A stretch of DNA of 64,000 nucleotides. It comes from Lingula anatina. Lineage: Eukaryota; Animalia; Brachiopoda. Below are positions 27,644 through 38,569 of this stretch, in pieces; the first letter of the stretch is position 1; every line of letters starts with the position of its first letter. The position numbers were made by a program, and so were the translations under genes. A model generated the notes under the pieces. It was not told the origin of the DNA and ran no database searches. It worked only from the letters and a program-made list of their open reading frames with translations. Where the stretch lies: NCBI GenBank assembly GCA_051362555.1, contig CM120644.1, forward strand, positions 1,992,954-2,056,953. The letters run 5' to 3'.

Positions 27644-28775
27644 TATTGCTAGCATATTCTGAGCTGTCAAAGTATGTGCATGTATACTTCAAATCACAGT
27701 CTTTCACTTCATATAGTCTTAAAGCTATTTATAAAACGTATATGCATATCACTACAATCACCGGTCACTGGTAACATATGCATTCCGCTAGAGACATATT
27801 TCGGGGGGGGGGGGGGGGGGGTCTATCAATTTTTACTTCTCCACGTTGGCTCATATACACCTTGAATGTCTCGCAAAATGTTAATATCTTATCTTTTTGT
27901 ATGCATATCCTTAAAGGATCAGTTGGATAAGGCCCATTCATCCCCTTCACGACCCCCCTCTGAATTCAACACCACCAGCTTCTAGTACTTCTTAAATACA
28001 AACATTTGTTCGGAATGCCAGCTTGTTACATCAATTGTTCTCGCAAGTGGACTACATATAGTAATGCTGCGTAAATCTAGACCGTTTTTTTCAAAATTTA
28101 TTTCAACTTTTGACTCAGATCTACCTGTGAAATTGGCGCTGACCATCTAATACATGCGGGGTAGGTGTGACCCATTTATATAAAATTTTATGGCATATAC
28201 TTAAGTGATATGTCAAGCATATTATAACCCCTCAATACTATATAAAAGGGGGTATGTGAGGTAAAAAAAAGCTTACTTAGGTTTTAAACAGAGCATAAGA
28301 AAACGCTACACACAAGTAGGCTACATGACTTTTTTACTGTATAATATACATAATATTCATATGTTACATATAAAATGTCAGTCGCTCGGCTTAAACGACA
28401 TATTTCACTGAGGTGATAGAAATTTAATTTTCTTGTCTATTTTCCTCGACGCACTGGTTTGCAAACGTATACATTGAACAGAAATATAGTAATCGGAGTC
28501 GCCTCTCTTTATAATTTGCAAATAAATTTGAAAAAATTGCCTTCTTTCAACATTTTGCTACAAGTGACTCATCACCCGCTTTAAATGACAGCGCATAAAA
28601 TCTGCGTGTTCAAATTCTTGTGATACAATAATACAGTATAGAACACGCACATGCCAAGCCAAAAGAGGAGTGTCAATCAAGCTGTATTTACACTTATTCA
28701 TAAATCAAACACGTTGTAAAGATCTATATCTTTATCACTCTGATATCTCAAGGTAAACATTTCAGTACTGAAGCA

Positions 28776-29521
28776 TCGATTCTGTTTTGTCTACAGATAT
28801 ATACATATTATTAACAGTAAACTTCAGTCTACCTGTAGTATCAATTCTGTTATGTCTACAGATATATACATATTATATACAGTAAACTTCAGTCTACCTG
28901 TAGTACCCTGTATCAATTCTGTTATGTCTACAGATATATACATATTATATACAGTAAACTTCAGTCTACCTGTAGTATCAATTCTGTTATGTCTACAGAT
29001 ATATACATATTATATACAGTAAACTTCAGTCTACCTGTAGTATCAATTCTGTTATGTCTACAGATATATACATATTATATACAGTAAACTTCAGTCTACC
29101 TGTACCCGCACGAAAACGCAGTAGATACTCCAGTGCAGTAGACTACTGCAATCATACTGCAAACATGCCTCAAATCTGCTTCGATTTGGGAGCTAATTAG
29201 CATATTTGAAACATGCTTCTATCATGCTGCTAATCTACTGCATTTATGCACCTCTCTGTACAAAACTATATACTTTATGGAGTAAAATTACAGTAGGCTA
29301 TACTGCATTTCTACTGCAAATATGCTCCACACCACTACTGCGATAATGCTTCTTTGCTACTTCGATACTACTGCTTTTTCGTGCGGGTAGTATCAATTCT
29401 GTTATGTCTACAGTTATATACACATTATATACAGTCAACACTCAGTCTACCTGTAGTATCAATTCTGTTTTGTCTAGAGATATATACATGTAATATTCAA
29501 TGAACTTCAGTCTACCTGTAG
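28776..29521. repeat. 65-bp minisatellite (about 7 units) interrupted by a MITE
   Basis: Unit TATCAATTCTGTTATGTCTACAGATATATACATATTATATACAGTAAACTTCAGTCTACCTGTAG. Confidence 0.9.
29105..29387. mobile_element. MITE with CCC...GGG termini and a TA TSD (animal CACTA/EnSpm-like)
   Basis: CCCGCACGAAAACGCAGTAG / CTACTGCTTTTTCGTGCGGG, TA on both sides, internal (CT)ACTGCA repeats. The host minisatellite unit resumes in register. Confidence 0.85.
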
Positions 29522-29772
29522 TGTCATGTTGACGCGGCAGGTGACAGTAATGTCGTGTCCATCCTCTACACAGTAGGTGGAAAACTGTAGCGAAGACTGC
29601 AGCACACCTATGCATCAGGATAAGACAAAATATACATATATACAACATGACACAATATCATTAACACATATACTGGTAAGTTACAAGTTGTACGTATTTG
29701 TGAACATTACATTCTTCGGAATAGTTAGAAAAAAAAAAAAAAAAAAACACAGAGCACAGTATAATAATATAT

Positions 29773-30126
29773 CAAACATGCTGAAACTTTTGGTCCGATT
29801 TGTCATTACTGGGAAAATTTGTCCGGACTGGTAATAAAATTTGACTTGGTCGGACCGACAGGAGATTTTAAGAGCAGCAATTTTGAATTTACAGTCATCA
29901 TTCGACATACTTCACTAATAAAATTATATAAAACCCAAACCGTTTTCCCTTCCTTTTCAAACCTATCACATGCACGAACAAAGTAAGCTACCCTAATCGT
30001 ACCGGTAGTATCTGTCTTAAACGAATACGTTGATTTTCGGTCTGACAAATTCCATTCGGTCCAGCAGATTTTTCATGACTGCCGGTCCAAATGTCCGGCC
30101 ATTTTTAACAGTTTTCAGCATGTCTG
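29773..30126. mobile_element. MITE with CA(A/G)ACATGCTGAAA termini
   Basis: CAAACATGCTGAAACT / AGTTTTCAGCATGTCTG, ATATAT on both flanks, internal GGTCCG/CGGAC repeats. Confidence 0.65.
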
Positions 30127-30361
30127 ATATATACAGGTATAGCACCGTACATTATATACAGGTATGGCACTGTACAACAAATACGCAGTAGTTGTTTATG
30201 GGTGACGTGGTCTTCATTTGTGAGATATCTACATGTAAATTTACATTTCTTAATCAAATCTTACCAAATGGTATATTATTTTGTGCTCCCTGCCTTTACT
30301 GACTCGATAAAAATAATAACAAATCGAACATTTCAGTTAAGTGCAGACATACCTTATATAA

Positions 30362-33300
30362 TTACTTTCTTTTGCTTCTCTCGTCATATATGGTGTCCCT
30401 GAATTCTTCGTAGTGTCCCTCCCTTAATTTGCCCAGCAGTGTTGACACTTTCTGCTTCATCTTCGGTTTCCTCCACACCTTTTTCATGTCCTGTGATGCT
30501 ATCACACTTCGGTCCACAAGTCTCTGCAATATCTCACTTAGCGCATCTTCTGGAAGCTCCAAGACCAAGTCTGGCAACCTTATTCATTAATAAATAAGAA
30601 AATATCAACACCCTATGTTCAACAAAATATTTCAAGTCACAAACAGAAGTGAAGCAGAAAGCAATTATTGATCTACATGCAGCAGGTGTCTGTAAACACC
30701 AGTGACATTTTGTGAACTGTATTTAATTTTAAATGCTTGATTAAGTTCATTTTGCAGACTTGCCTCAGAAGCCGAGCTGTCTGTGCATGCCCGTTGTCAT
30801 GGAGAGCACCACAGAACTGGTAGAAAGCAAAATCGTTTTTCCCCTTCAGGTAACTCTGAAGTCTGTTCCCTTGATCTGGTTCCTGGATTGCTGTGATTTC
30901 TTCCTCTGTAAAAATACCAGCTCTGTGGAGTCGACTGAGTATCTTATGAAGGCAGCCAAACCTGCGGATGTTCTTCAAAATAAGGGGAGCATGTTTTTCT
31001 AGAGACATGCAGTGCAAAGCTGTAATTTCTCCTTCAAGAAAAAAAGAAAGGAAATAAAAATAAGCTTGTTTTTTTCTGTTCAAGCAAAATAATAACAATA
31101 CTAACTCCACATAAAATTGAAGTGTTAAATCAATCATTGCTATAATATAATAACAAGTACAATGCAATACATTCATTCAAATGGTTTTACAACGGTGCTG
31201 AAATAAACTTATACACATATATTAGTATTTTGCCATATTTACCCCCTGTCACTGGATAGTAAAAATCTGCAGAAGCCATGAAGTCTGGTTTTTCCTCCGG
31301 ACACGGGTGGTAGGGAACGGGTGCTTCAAGGGGAACGCTCAGAAGAGTGACAGGGGTGTCAAACAACGTCGGTGGATCGTTCTCCTCGTGGACGCAGTGC
31401 GGACAAACCAGAAATTCATCCCGAGGAGAGCCGGGGCATTCTCTCTCTGCCAGAGCTAGAAGATCCTGAAAAATCCTCAGGCTGTGCTCCTTCAGTTGAA
31501 CGGGATCATTGCCACGTATGGAAAGTCGAATAACTCCATTGGGTGGCGCACCAATAACTTCTCTTTCTAAACAAATTCGGAATTGGTTGTCAAGCTGTGC
31601 ATAGAAACCGTCTTTCCAGTCTCGCCTTGATGCCTTAAATTGCCCCAAGTAACCATGAAGATGCACTGCCGCCATTTCGTACAAACCAGTGGGACAGGCG
31701 GCTGGAAAATGAACTTCTAATGAAATCTGTGACTCATCTCTAGCTGGAACAAGGGGCCAACTGGAAGAGACGTCTTCAGGTCGATCTTCTTTCACAAGCC
31801 ACGGGAAATGGTACCTATCTTCATCAGCAACGTAACAAATATCAAAGTTTTCAAGTAAAACCAACATTGCGTCGAGACCTTTTTTTCCAAAGTTGAATCT
31901 CCGCCACAAACATCTTATCATGGTCCTACTGATGATACCTCTTTGCAGTACATCTCTCTTGGCAGATTCGAATTTTGCCTTGGTGAACTCCTTGTTGAAA
32001 GGGTCGGTATCATATACAAGTATAGTATCAATACCATGACGGAGAACCGCCTTCAAAATATCAATGAAAACATCTTGTCTGTGGAATACGAAGGCCTTCA
32101 GCAACGGCTTATCTCTAAACCAAAGAACAGCACCAGTGGCATGCAGGAAACTCAGCACGTCTTCAATTCTTTGAGCATTATCCTCTCCCTGCATTTGTGA
32201 TGATGTCATTTCTGCCATGTTAAGAAGGGAATTCAGCGTTAGGAAATGGTCTTGTTTACTATGCTTTGCCGTCTCGATGTACTCCACCTTCTGCAGCCAA
32301 GAATCTGGCAATATAAAATTCTTTTCTCTTGCTCTTCTAATCAACTCTTTTTCGAGTTCGGTTATCCCATAGCCATTATCGGAACTGATGACAAATACAC
32401 GTTCATTAATACGTGGTGGTGTCTGCATAAGTCTCTTAATTCGCAACATCTTTTCTTTGTATGCCAATTCCGATTCTTCCGATTCTTTGCCTTTGCTTCT
32501 CTTCTCTAATTCCTCAAGCATTGTTCTTAAGTTAGATGCCATATCATCTAAATGGGAATTGAGAGCACATAAAAGCTCGCTCGTGTTTTTCTCTACCTCT
32601 TCTCTGCTCAGGCAATCTGCATGCGTGCCTACAAGCAGTATAGCTGTGTCTGGCGCCCTGCTGTAAACGTTATGTATCCAGCTTCCAATCGCTTTTTGAT
32701 AACCCAAAGATACATTCTTAAGATTGAACACTATCAGAGTGAGAGCCTCTTTGGTTATGAAAAAGTTATGTGCGACCTTGTAGACGTCGTGCCCCCCAAA
32801 ATCATTGATGCTGAGAAAAACATCTTCCTTTGGTGACCATCGAATCTGTTCCATGACGTGAGTTCTGTCCGCCTTTGGAGTTAAGAAAGGCTTACCAGAT
32901 GTCAGAGTTTTTACCAAACTCGTCTTCCCTGCACACGTCTCACCAATAACTTGTACCTGTAGTCTACACGATGATGTTGCCTCGGTTTTGACTAAATCAT
33001 CAAAATATCTTTTAATTGCTTCTATCCCAATTTCTGCTACTTCTTGTGGTGGTTGTTTTAGTTCGTTCCCATGCAAACTGAATATACTGAGATAAGAAAG
33101 TTGACATACTTCCAGGGGCAATCGGGTCAATTTATTTTTATCCAACTGAATAATTTCTAGGTTTTGTAGTTGTTCAATCTGTGGTGGAATTTCAGTGATT
33201 CTATTATGGCAAAGGCCGATCGTCTCCAGTGTCACCAGCTCACATATTGACATCGGGAACTCATCCAACTCGTTCCAAGACAGGTCAAATTCCTTCAGAT

Positions 33301-36142
33301 TGTTTAATTGTGTTATCTGAGGTGGCACTGTGGTGATGTCAGTTGCTGAGAGGTCAAGGATTTCTAGTGTCACAAGCTCACACACCGGCATTGGAAATCC
33401 TTTCAGCTTGTTCAGAGATAGGTCCAATAGCTTCAGATTCTTTAGTTGTGTTATTTGAGGTGGCACTGTGACGATTTTGGTGCTCTTGAGGCCAAGAGTC
33501 TCTAGTGTCACCAGCTTACACACTGATAATGGGAATTTATTCAAGCAGTTCTCAAGCAGGTTTAATTTCTTCAGATCCGTAAGGTTTGCTATCTCAGGTG
33601 GCACTCTTTTGATGTGGTTTTCACGGAGGTCAAGGGTCTCCAGGGTCACCAGCTTACACAATGACATTGCAAATTTTTTCAGCTTGTTCCCAGACAGATC
33701 CAATTCCTTCAGGTTCTTAAGTTGTGTTATCTGAGGTAACACTGTAGTGATGTTGTTTCTTGAGAGGTCTAGGGTCTCCAGTGTCACCACCTCACACACT
33801 GACATTGGGAATTCTTTCAACCGGTTGCCAGACAGGTTCAACTTCTTAAGATTCTTAAGTTGTGTTATCTCAGGTGGCACTGTAGTGATGTTGTTGTCCC
33901 GGAGGTCAAGGTTCTCCAGCGTCACCAGATCACACACTGATAATGGGAATTCCCTCAACTGGTTCAGAAAAAGGTTCAGTTCCTTCAAGTTAAAGAGTTG
34001 TGTTATCTGAGGTGGCACTGCGGTGATGTCGGTGTTCTCGAGGTCAAGGGTCTCCAGTGACACCAGCTCACATACCGACATTGGTAATGTTTTCAGCTGG
34101 TTCCCAGGCAGGTTCAATTTCTTCAGATTTATAAGTTGTGCTATCTGAGGTGGGACTGTAGTGATCTGGGTTCCTGAGAGATCAAGAGTCTCCAAGGTCA
34201 CCAGCTTACACACTGACAAAGGTAAATTTTTCAACTGGTTCCCAGACAAGTTAAATTTCTTCAGATTTATAAGTTGTGCTATCTGAAGTGGCACTGTGGT
34301 GATGTTGGTATCTGAGAGGTCAAGACTCTTCAGTGTCACCAGCTTACGCACTGACATTGGGAATTCTTCTAATTTGTTCAGAGACAGGTTCAAATCCACC
34401 AGACTCTCTAGATGTTTTATTTGGAGTGGCACTTTTGTTATGTTCGCAGCAGAGAGGTCAAGGGTCTCCAATGTCACCAGTTCACACACTAGCATTGGGA
34501 ATTCCTCCAGTTTGTTCCGAGCTAGGTTCAACAGCTTTAGATTCTTAAGTTGTGTCATCTGAGGTGGCACTGTAGTGATGTTGGTACTCTTGAGGTCAAG
34601 AGTCTCAAGGGTCAGAAGCTCACACACTGACATTGGGAACTCTCCCAGCTGGTTCTGAGACAGGTTCAATAACTTCAGATTCTTAAGCTGTCTTATATGA
34701 GGTGGCACTGTAGTGATCCTGGTTGTTGAGAGGTCAAGGGTCTCCAGTCTCACCAGCTCACACACTGATATTGGGAATTCTCTCAACTGGTTGCCAGACA
34801 GGTTTAATTTCTTTAGATTCTTAATTCGTCTTATCTGAGGATTCACTGTAGTGATGTTGGTTTTAGAGAGGTCAAGACTCTTCAGTGTCACCAGCTTACA
34901 CACTGGCATTGGGAGGTCCTTCAGCTTGTTCCGAGCTAGGTTCAATACCTGCAGGTTCTTAAGTTTTGTTATCTTAGGTGGCACTGTAGTGATGTCGGTG
35001 CTTTTGAGGTCAAGGCTCTCCAGGGTCACCAGCTCACACAATGAAACTGGGAATTCCTCCAGCTTGTTCCAAGACAGCATCAGTTCTTTCAGATGCTTAA
35101 GTTGTGTTATCTGAGGGGGCACTGTAGTGATTTTGGTTCCTGAGAGGTCAAGTGTCTCTAGGCTCACCAACTTACACACTGACACTGGAAATTTGTTTAG
35201 TTTGTTATAAGCCAGGTTCAGTTCCTTCAGATTCTGAAGTTGTATTATCCGAGGTGGCACTCTGGTGATGCACGCACCCGAGAGGTCAAGGGTCTCCAGG
35301 GTCACCAGTTCACACAATATTGGGATTTTCTTCAGCTTGTTATCAGACAGGTTTAGTTTCTTTAAATCCGTTAACTTCGTTATCCGATGTGGCACTGTCG
35401 TGATTTTGTTATTCGAGAGGTTAAGGGTCACTAGTGTTTCCAGCTCAAAAAGTGACAGTGGGAATTCCTGTAACCTGTTATTAGACAGGTTTAATTCACT
35501 CAGATTTTTGAGTTGGTTTACCTGTGGCGGAATTGCCGTAATATTAGCACTATCCAGATTAAGGCTTTCCAATGCTTTCATCTTTAATATTGTCAGTGGG
35601 AATTCTTCTAAGGGATTCCGGGAGATGTCTATTTTCGCCAACTTGCACAGTCTTTCCACATCTGGCCTTATGGTCGTTATGTTGTTGTTCTTTAGATCAA
35701 GTTCCTCCAACGTCACGAGGCTACATACTGGTAGAGGTATCTCTGTCAGCTGGTTTCCTGATAAATTAAGCTTCCTCAAATGTTTGGGTATGCTTATGTT
35801 TGGCGGAATCAAAGTAATGCTACAGTTGGACATGTCTAAATTTTCAATTGCCTCCAGCCTAAATATTGTAACAATGATGTCTTCGTTCTTAAGCCTAGTA
35901 TTGGAAATATTAAGTGTATTTAGTTTCGTACAACGTAGTATGCTATTTGGAAGTCTGCATCCTAGTCCTCTTAGGTTTAACTCTGTCCATATTTCCACCT
36001 GATCCGTGCCTGGTCCTTGGTAACTGGGATCTTCATCCAGTTTATTAAGAAAATCTAGTTTTTCCTGATCTCCATATTTGATTGAGTGCTCATCCTTTTG
36101 GCAGCATAAGACATTACGCACTTGGCTTAAACTTGAACCCAT
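30362..36142 (-). CDS. Roco protein, MFHAS1-like: LRR array, Roc GTPase, COR and tandem CARD/death-fold-like domains (about 1794 aa)
   Basis: Exons 36142-31243 (4900 nt), 31031-30764 and 30578-30362, phase-consistent (5385 nt). About 40 LRRs. Roc motifs: G1 IGETCAGKTS, G3 NDFGGH, G4 VGTHAD, G5 VISS. COR with LSFLHATGAVLWF, YHFPW and CPHC. C-terminal helical domains ILSRLHRAGIFTEEEITAI..AFYQFCGALHDNGH and ILQRLVDRSVI..KVSTLL..YEEF. The 3' end could extend by a further exon. Confidence 0.9.
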
Positions 36143-37277
36143 TTTTCTAATCAGTTAGATTCTTCAAAGACTTTACTTTACTATAGGATGAAGGCAGCAT
36201 ACTAATGGTAGTGATTGTTGGCTACTTTATTGTTCTCTACCAGCACACAAAGATACTGGGTTGGCGACATTTTTCCTGCACTTAGCTGAGTGTCGGTGCC
36301 TTCACTGTTCTCTACTTCTACAGCACACAAAAGTACCAGTATGTCGAGTGTCTCCCTACATAAGACTAGATGCTGTTTCCTTAAATGGTAATTTAAAATG
36401 ACAAACGATGTATTGGTGTTCAGACTGCCTTCTTGTAATGGTCTAAGCCTGAAGGATCATTTATTGTTCTCTACTAGCACCCAAAGGTGCCAGTATGTTG
36501 ACTGCCCCCCTGTTCCCTGTATTAGACTGGGTGCTGTATGATTTCAAGAATTTGATTAAAAAAAAAGTAGTGAAACAGAGTACCCCCCAGAAAAATACAT
36601 TCAATTTGAACCATACAGTAGGTAACAGCCAAAGGGAGATATATATTGTATCTTATATAATGTTCTTAGTGATAAAAGTACAATTCATCTCATTAAAGTT
36701 ATATTTCATTAAAGTTGTATTTCAATTAACATCACTTGTGGTTGTTTAACTGGACATGCACGGAGGAGTTATTTATAGTTTAAAGAAAATTTATTCGTGG
36801 GAGCAGAAGGGACGTGGGTTATGCAGGATGAAAGCAAATATGCACGATCATAGGAATCCAGTCTGTTTTACCTTTGTAAGAAATAGACACAATTGCTATC
36901 AGATGTAATTTTATTGTAGTAGGTGTCTGAAGGTCTTTAACGCTAAAGGTGGGGTCAACAAACTGACTATAGAGGGATCAACAGAATCCATTAGAATATA
37001 TGAACGATTATGAAATTTATGAAAGTTCCGCTTGCGTGTAACGCAAATAACGCTGGTGAGGGTGGTGCACATCCTTTACAACGACCTGAAGCAGACGTTA
37101 ATATGCTGCTCCAGCTGCCAAAAGTTAGATAGTTATAACGTTAGATATTCACTACACTTGTTAGGCAAGGGTTTTTGTTTTAATAGGCCTATTAGTAACG
37201 AACGAACGAACTTCACGAGAAAACTTAGCGATTGGTTAACAATATCTTTCTAAAACACCACTCGAAGTTCGATAGTT

Positions 37278-37310
<33 letters not shown>

Positions 37311-38063
37311 TATAATAATAATTTGTTAAGATTGCAACCCAGTGGGTTGAAGTTGTACATAGAATGTTAAGAACATTATAATGATAATGAAATAATATTT
37401 GCTTGAATGAAACTGAGTTAAAAGACTGCTATTTGATCCGGTAAGAATAGTACGAAAGGCGGAACATTTGCTGGAAGGTTGATTTTAGTATAACCTACCT
37501 CACAATGAATGACACGCATAACTCCCCCCCCCTCCAAAAAAAAAAAAAAAAAAAAGTATTTCGCACCGAATGGGGTCAACCACGCTGAGTAGATAGCTAA
37601 CAGTGGTCGTTTTGAGGTTCACCGTTGTCGTAGCGGTCAAAGTGGGCATCCTACAAATGCGCCACCGTCAAATGCCACCGACGAATCAACGTCGGCCTGA
37701 CATTCCAAACAACTGAGAAACATCTGGCCTGAATAAGGAGGGAGTCGAACTGCAAACAGTCAACAAGAATCTTTTAGAAGCTGGACTTCCATCCGGAAGA
37801 CCCCGTTGGAAGTCGCCGTTGATTTTCGCGCGCTGGACAGTAAGCCTCGTTTCAGTCAGTTTGATGGCACTGACCGGACGGCGTGGTTAGAAAAGTTTTC
37901 ATAATCCTTTGTAAGTATTGACATTACTTTATTGGCCAAAAGTTGGTTTTATGCATGGACAAGGGTTTTTCTGTGTGTTTCTGCATACAGATCTCGTGTA
38001 CTTTTTATTACTGGCCCGGGCTTTCAGTTGCCCACACCCTTTATGTGATATGTTGGTATACAG

Positions 38064-38569
38064 GGGCCCCTATCTCGAAAGCTTACCTATGTTGCGAGCG
38101 TGCGCAAGCATGGCGAGCGTGCGCCTTCCCGTATCTCGAAAGCTTCGCTATGTTGCGAGCGTGCGCTATCCCATATCTCGAAAGCTTCGCAAATCACGGC
38201 CGTGCGCTATTGGCGAAATCACCATTTGTTTCGAGGCTATTATTTGCGGCGATACAAACTAGTGGCAACAGCCTCTGCGTATGCATAATTCGTCATTTTA
38301 ATGCGTCTTTCATGTAATTAAACATGGCGGCAAGTTTGGGTTGCTAGTCATAAAAGCATATAATAAAACATATAAAAAACATGGACGCTTATAATTGATT
38401 GAATCACTGGTACCTCTGATAGAAAAACGTGCGGTAAATATTCACGCGAAGAATGCTAAAGCCATGTTTTATTATGCAGAAAAAATTCAAAATTAAACAT
38501 TGCATACATCATTTTGTATTTTCTAGTGAATTTAATTCGCCATAAGCGAAGCTTTCGAGATACGGGGCC
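38064..38569. mobile_element. PIF/Harbinger-type MITE
   Basis: GGGCCCCTATCTCGAAAGCTT / AAGCTTTCGAGATACGGGGCC, CAG on both flanks; three subterminal TATCTCGAAAGCTT repeats. Confidence 0.8.

Noticed and set aside
31187-31242. Roco ending at the ORF-track stop (..KFISAPL)
   Set aside because: A donor G|GTAAAT at 31243 and a phase-matched downstream exon fit better.
31943-36002. Plus-strand ORFs overlapping the Roco exon (e.g. 35265-36002, 245 aa)
   Set aside because: Antisense shadows of the repetitive LRR coding sequence.
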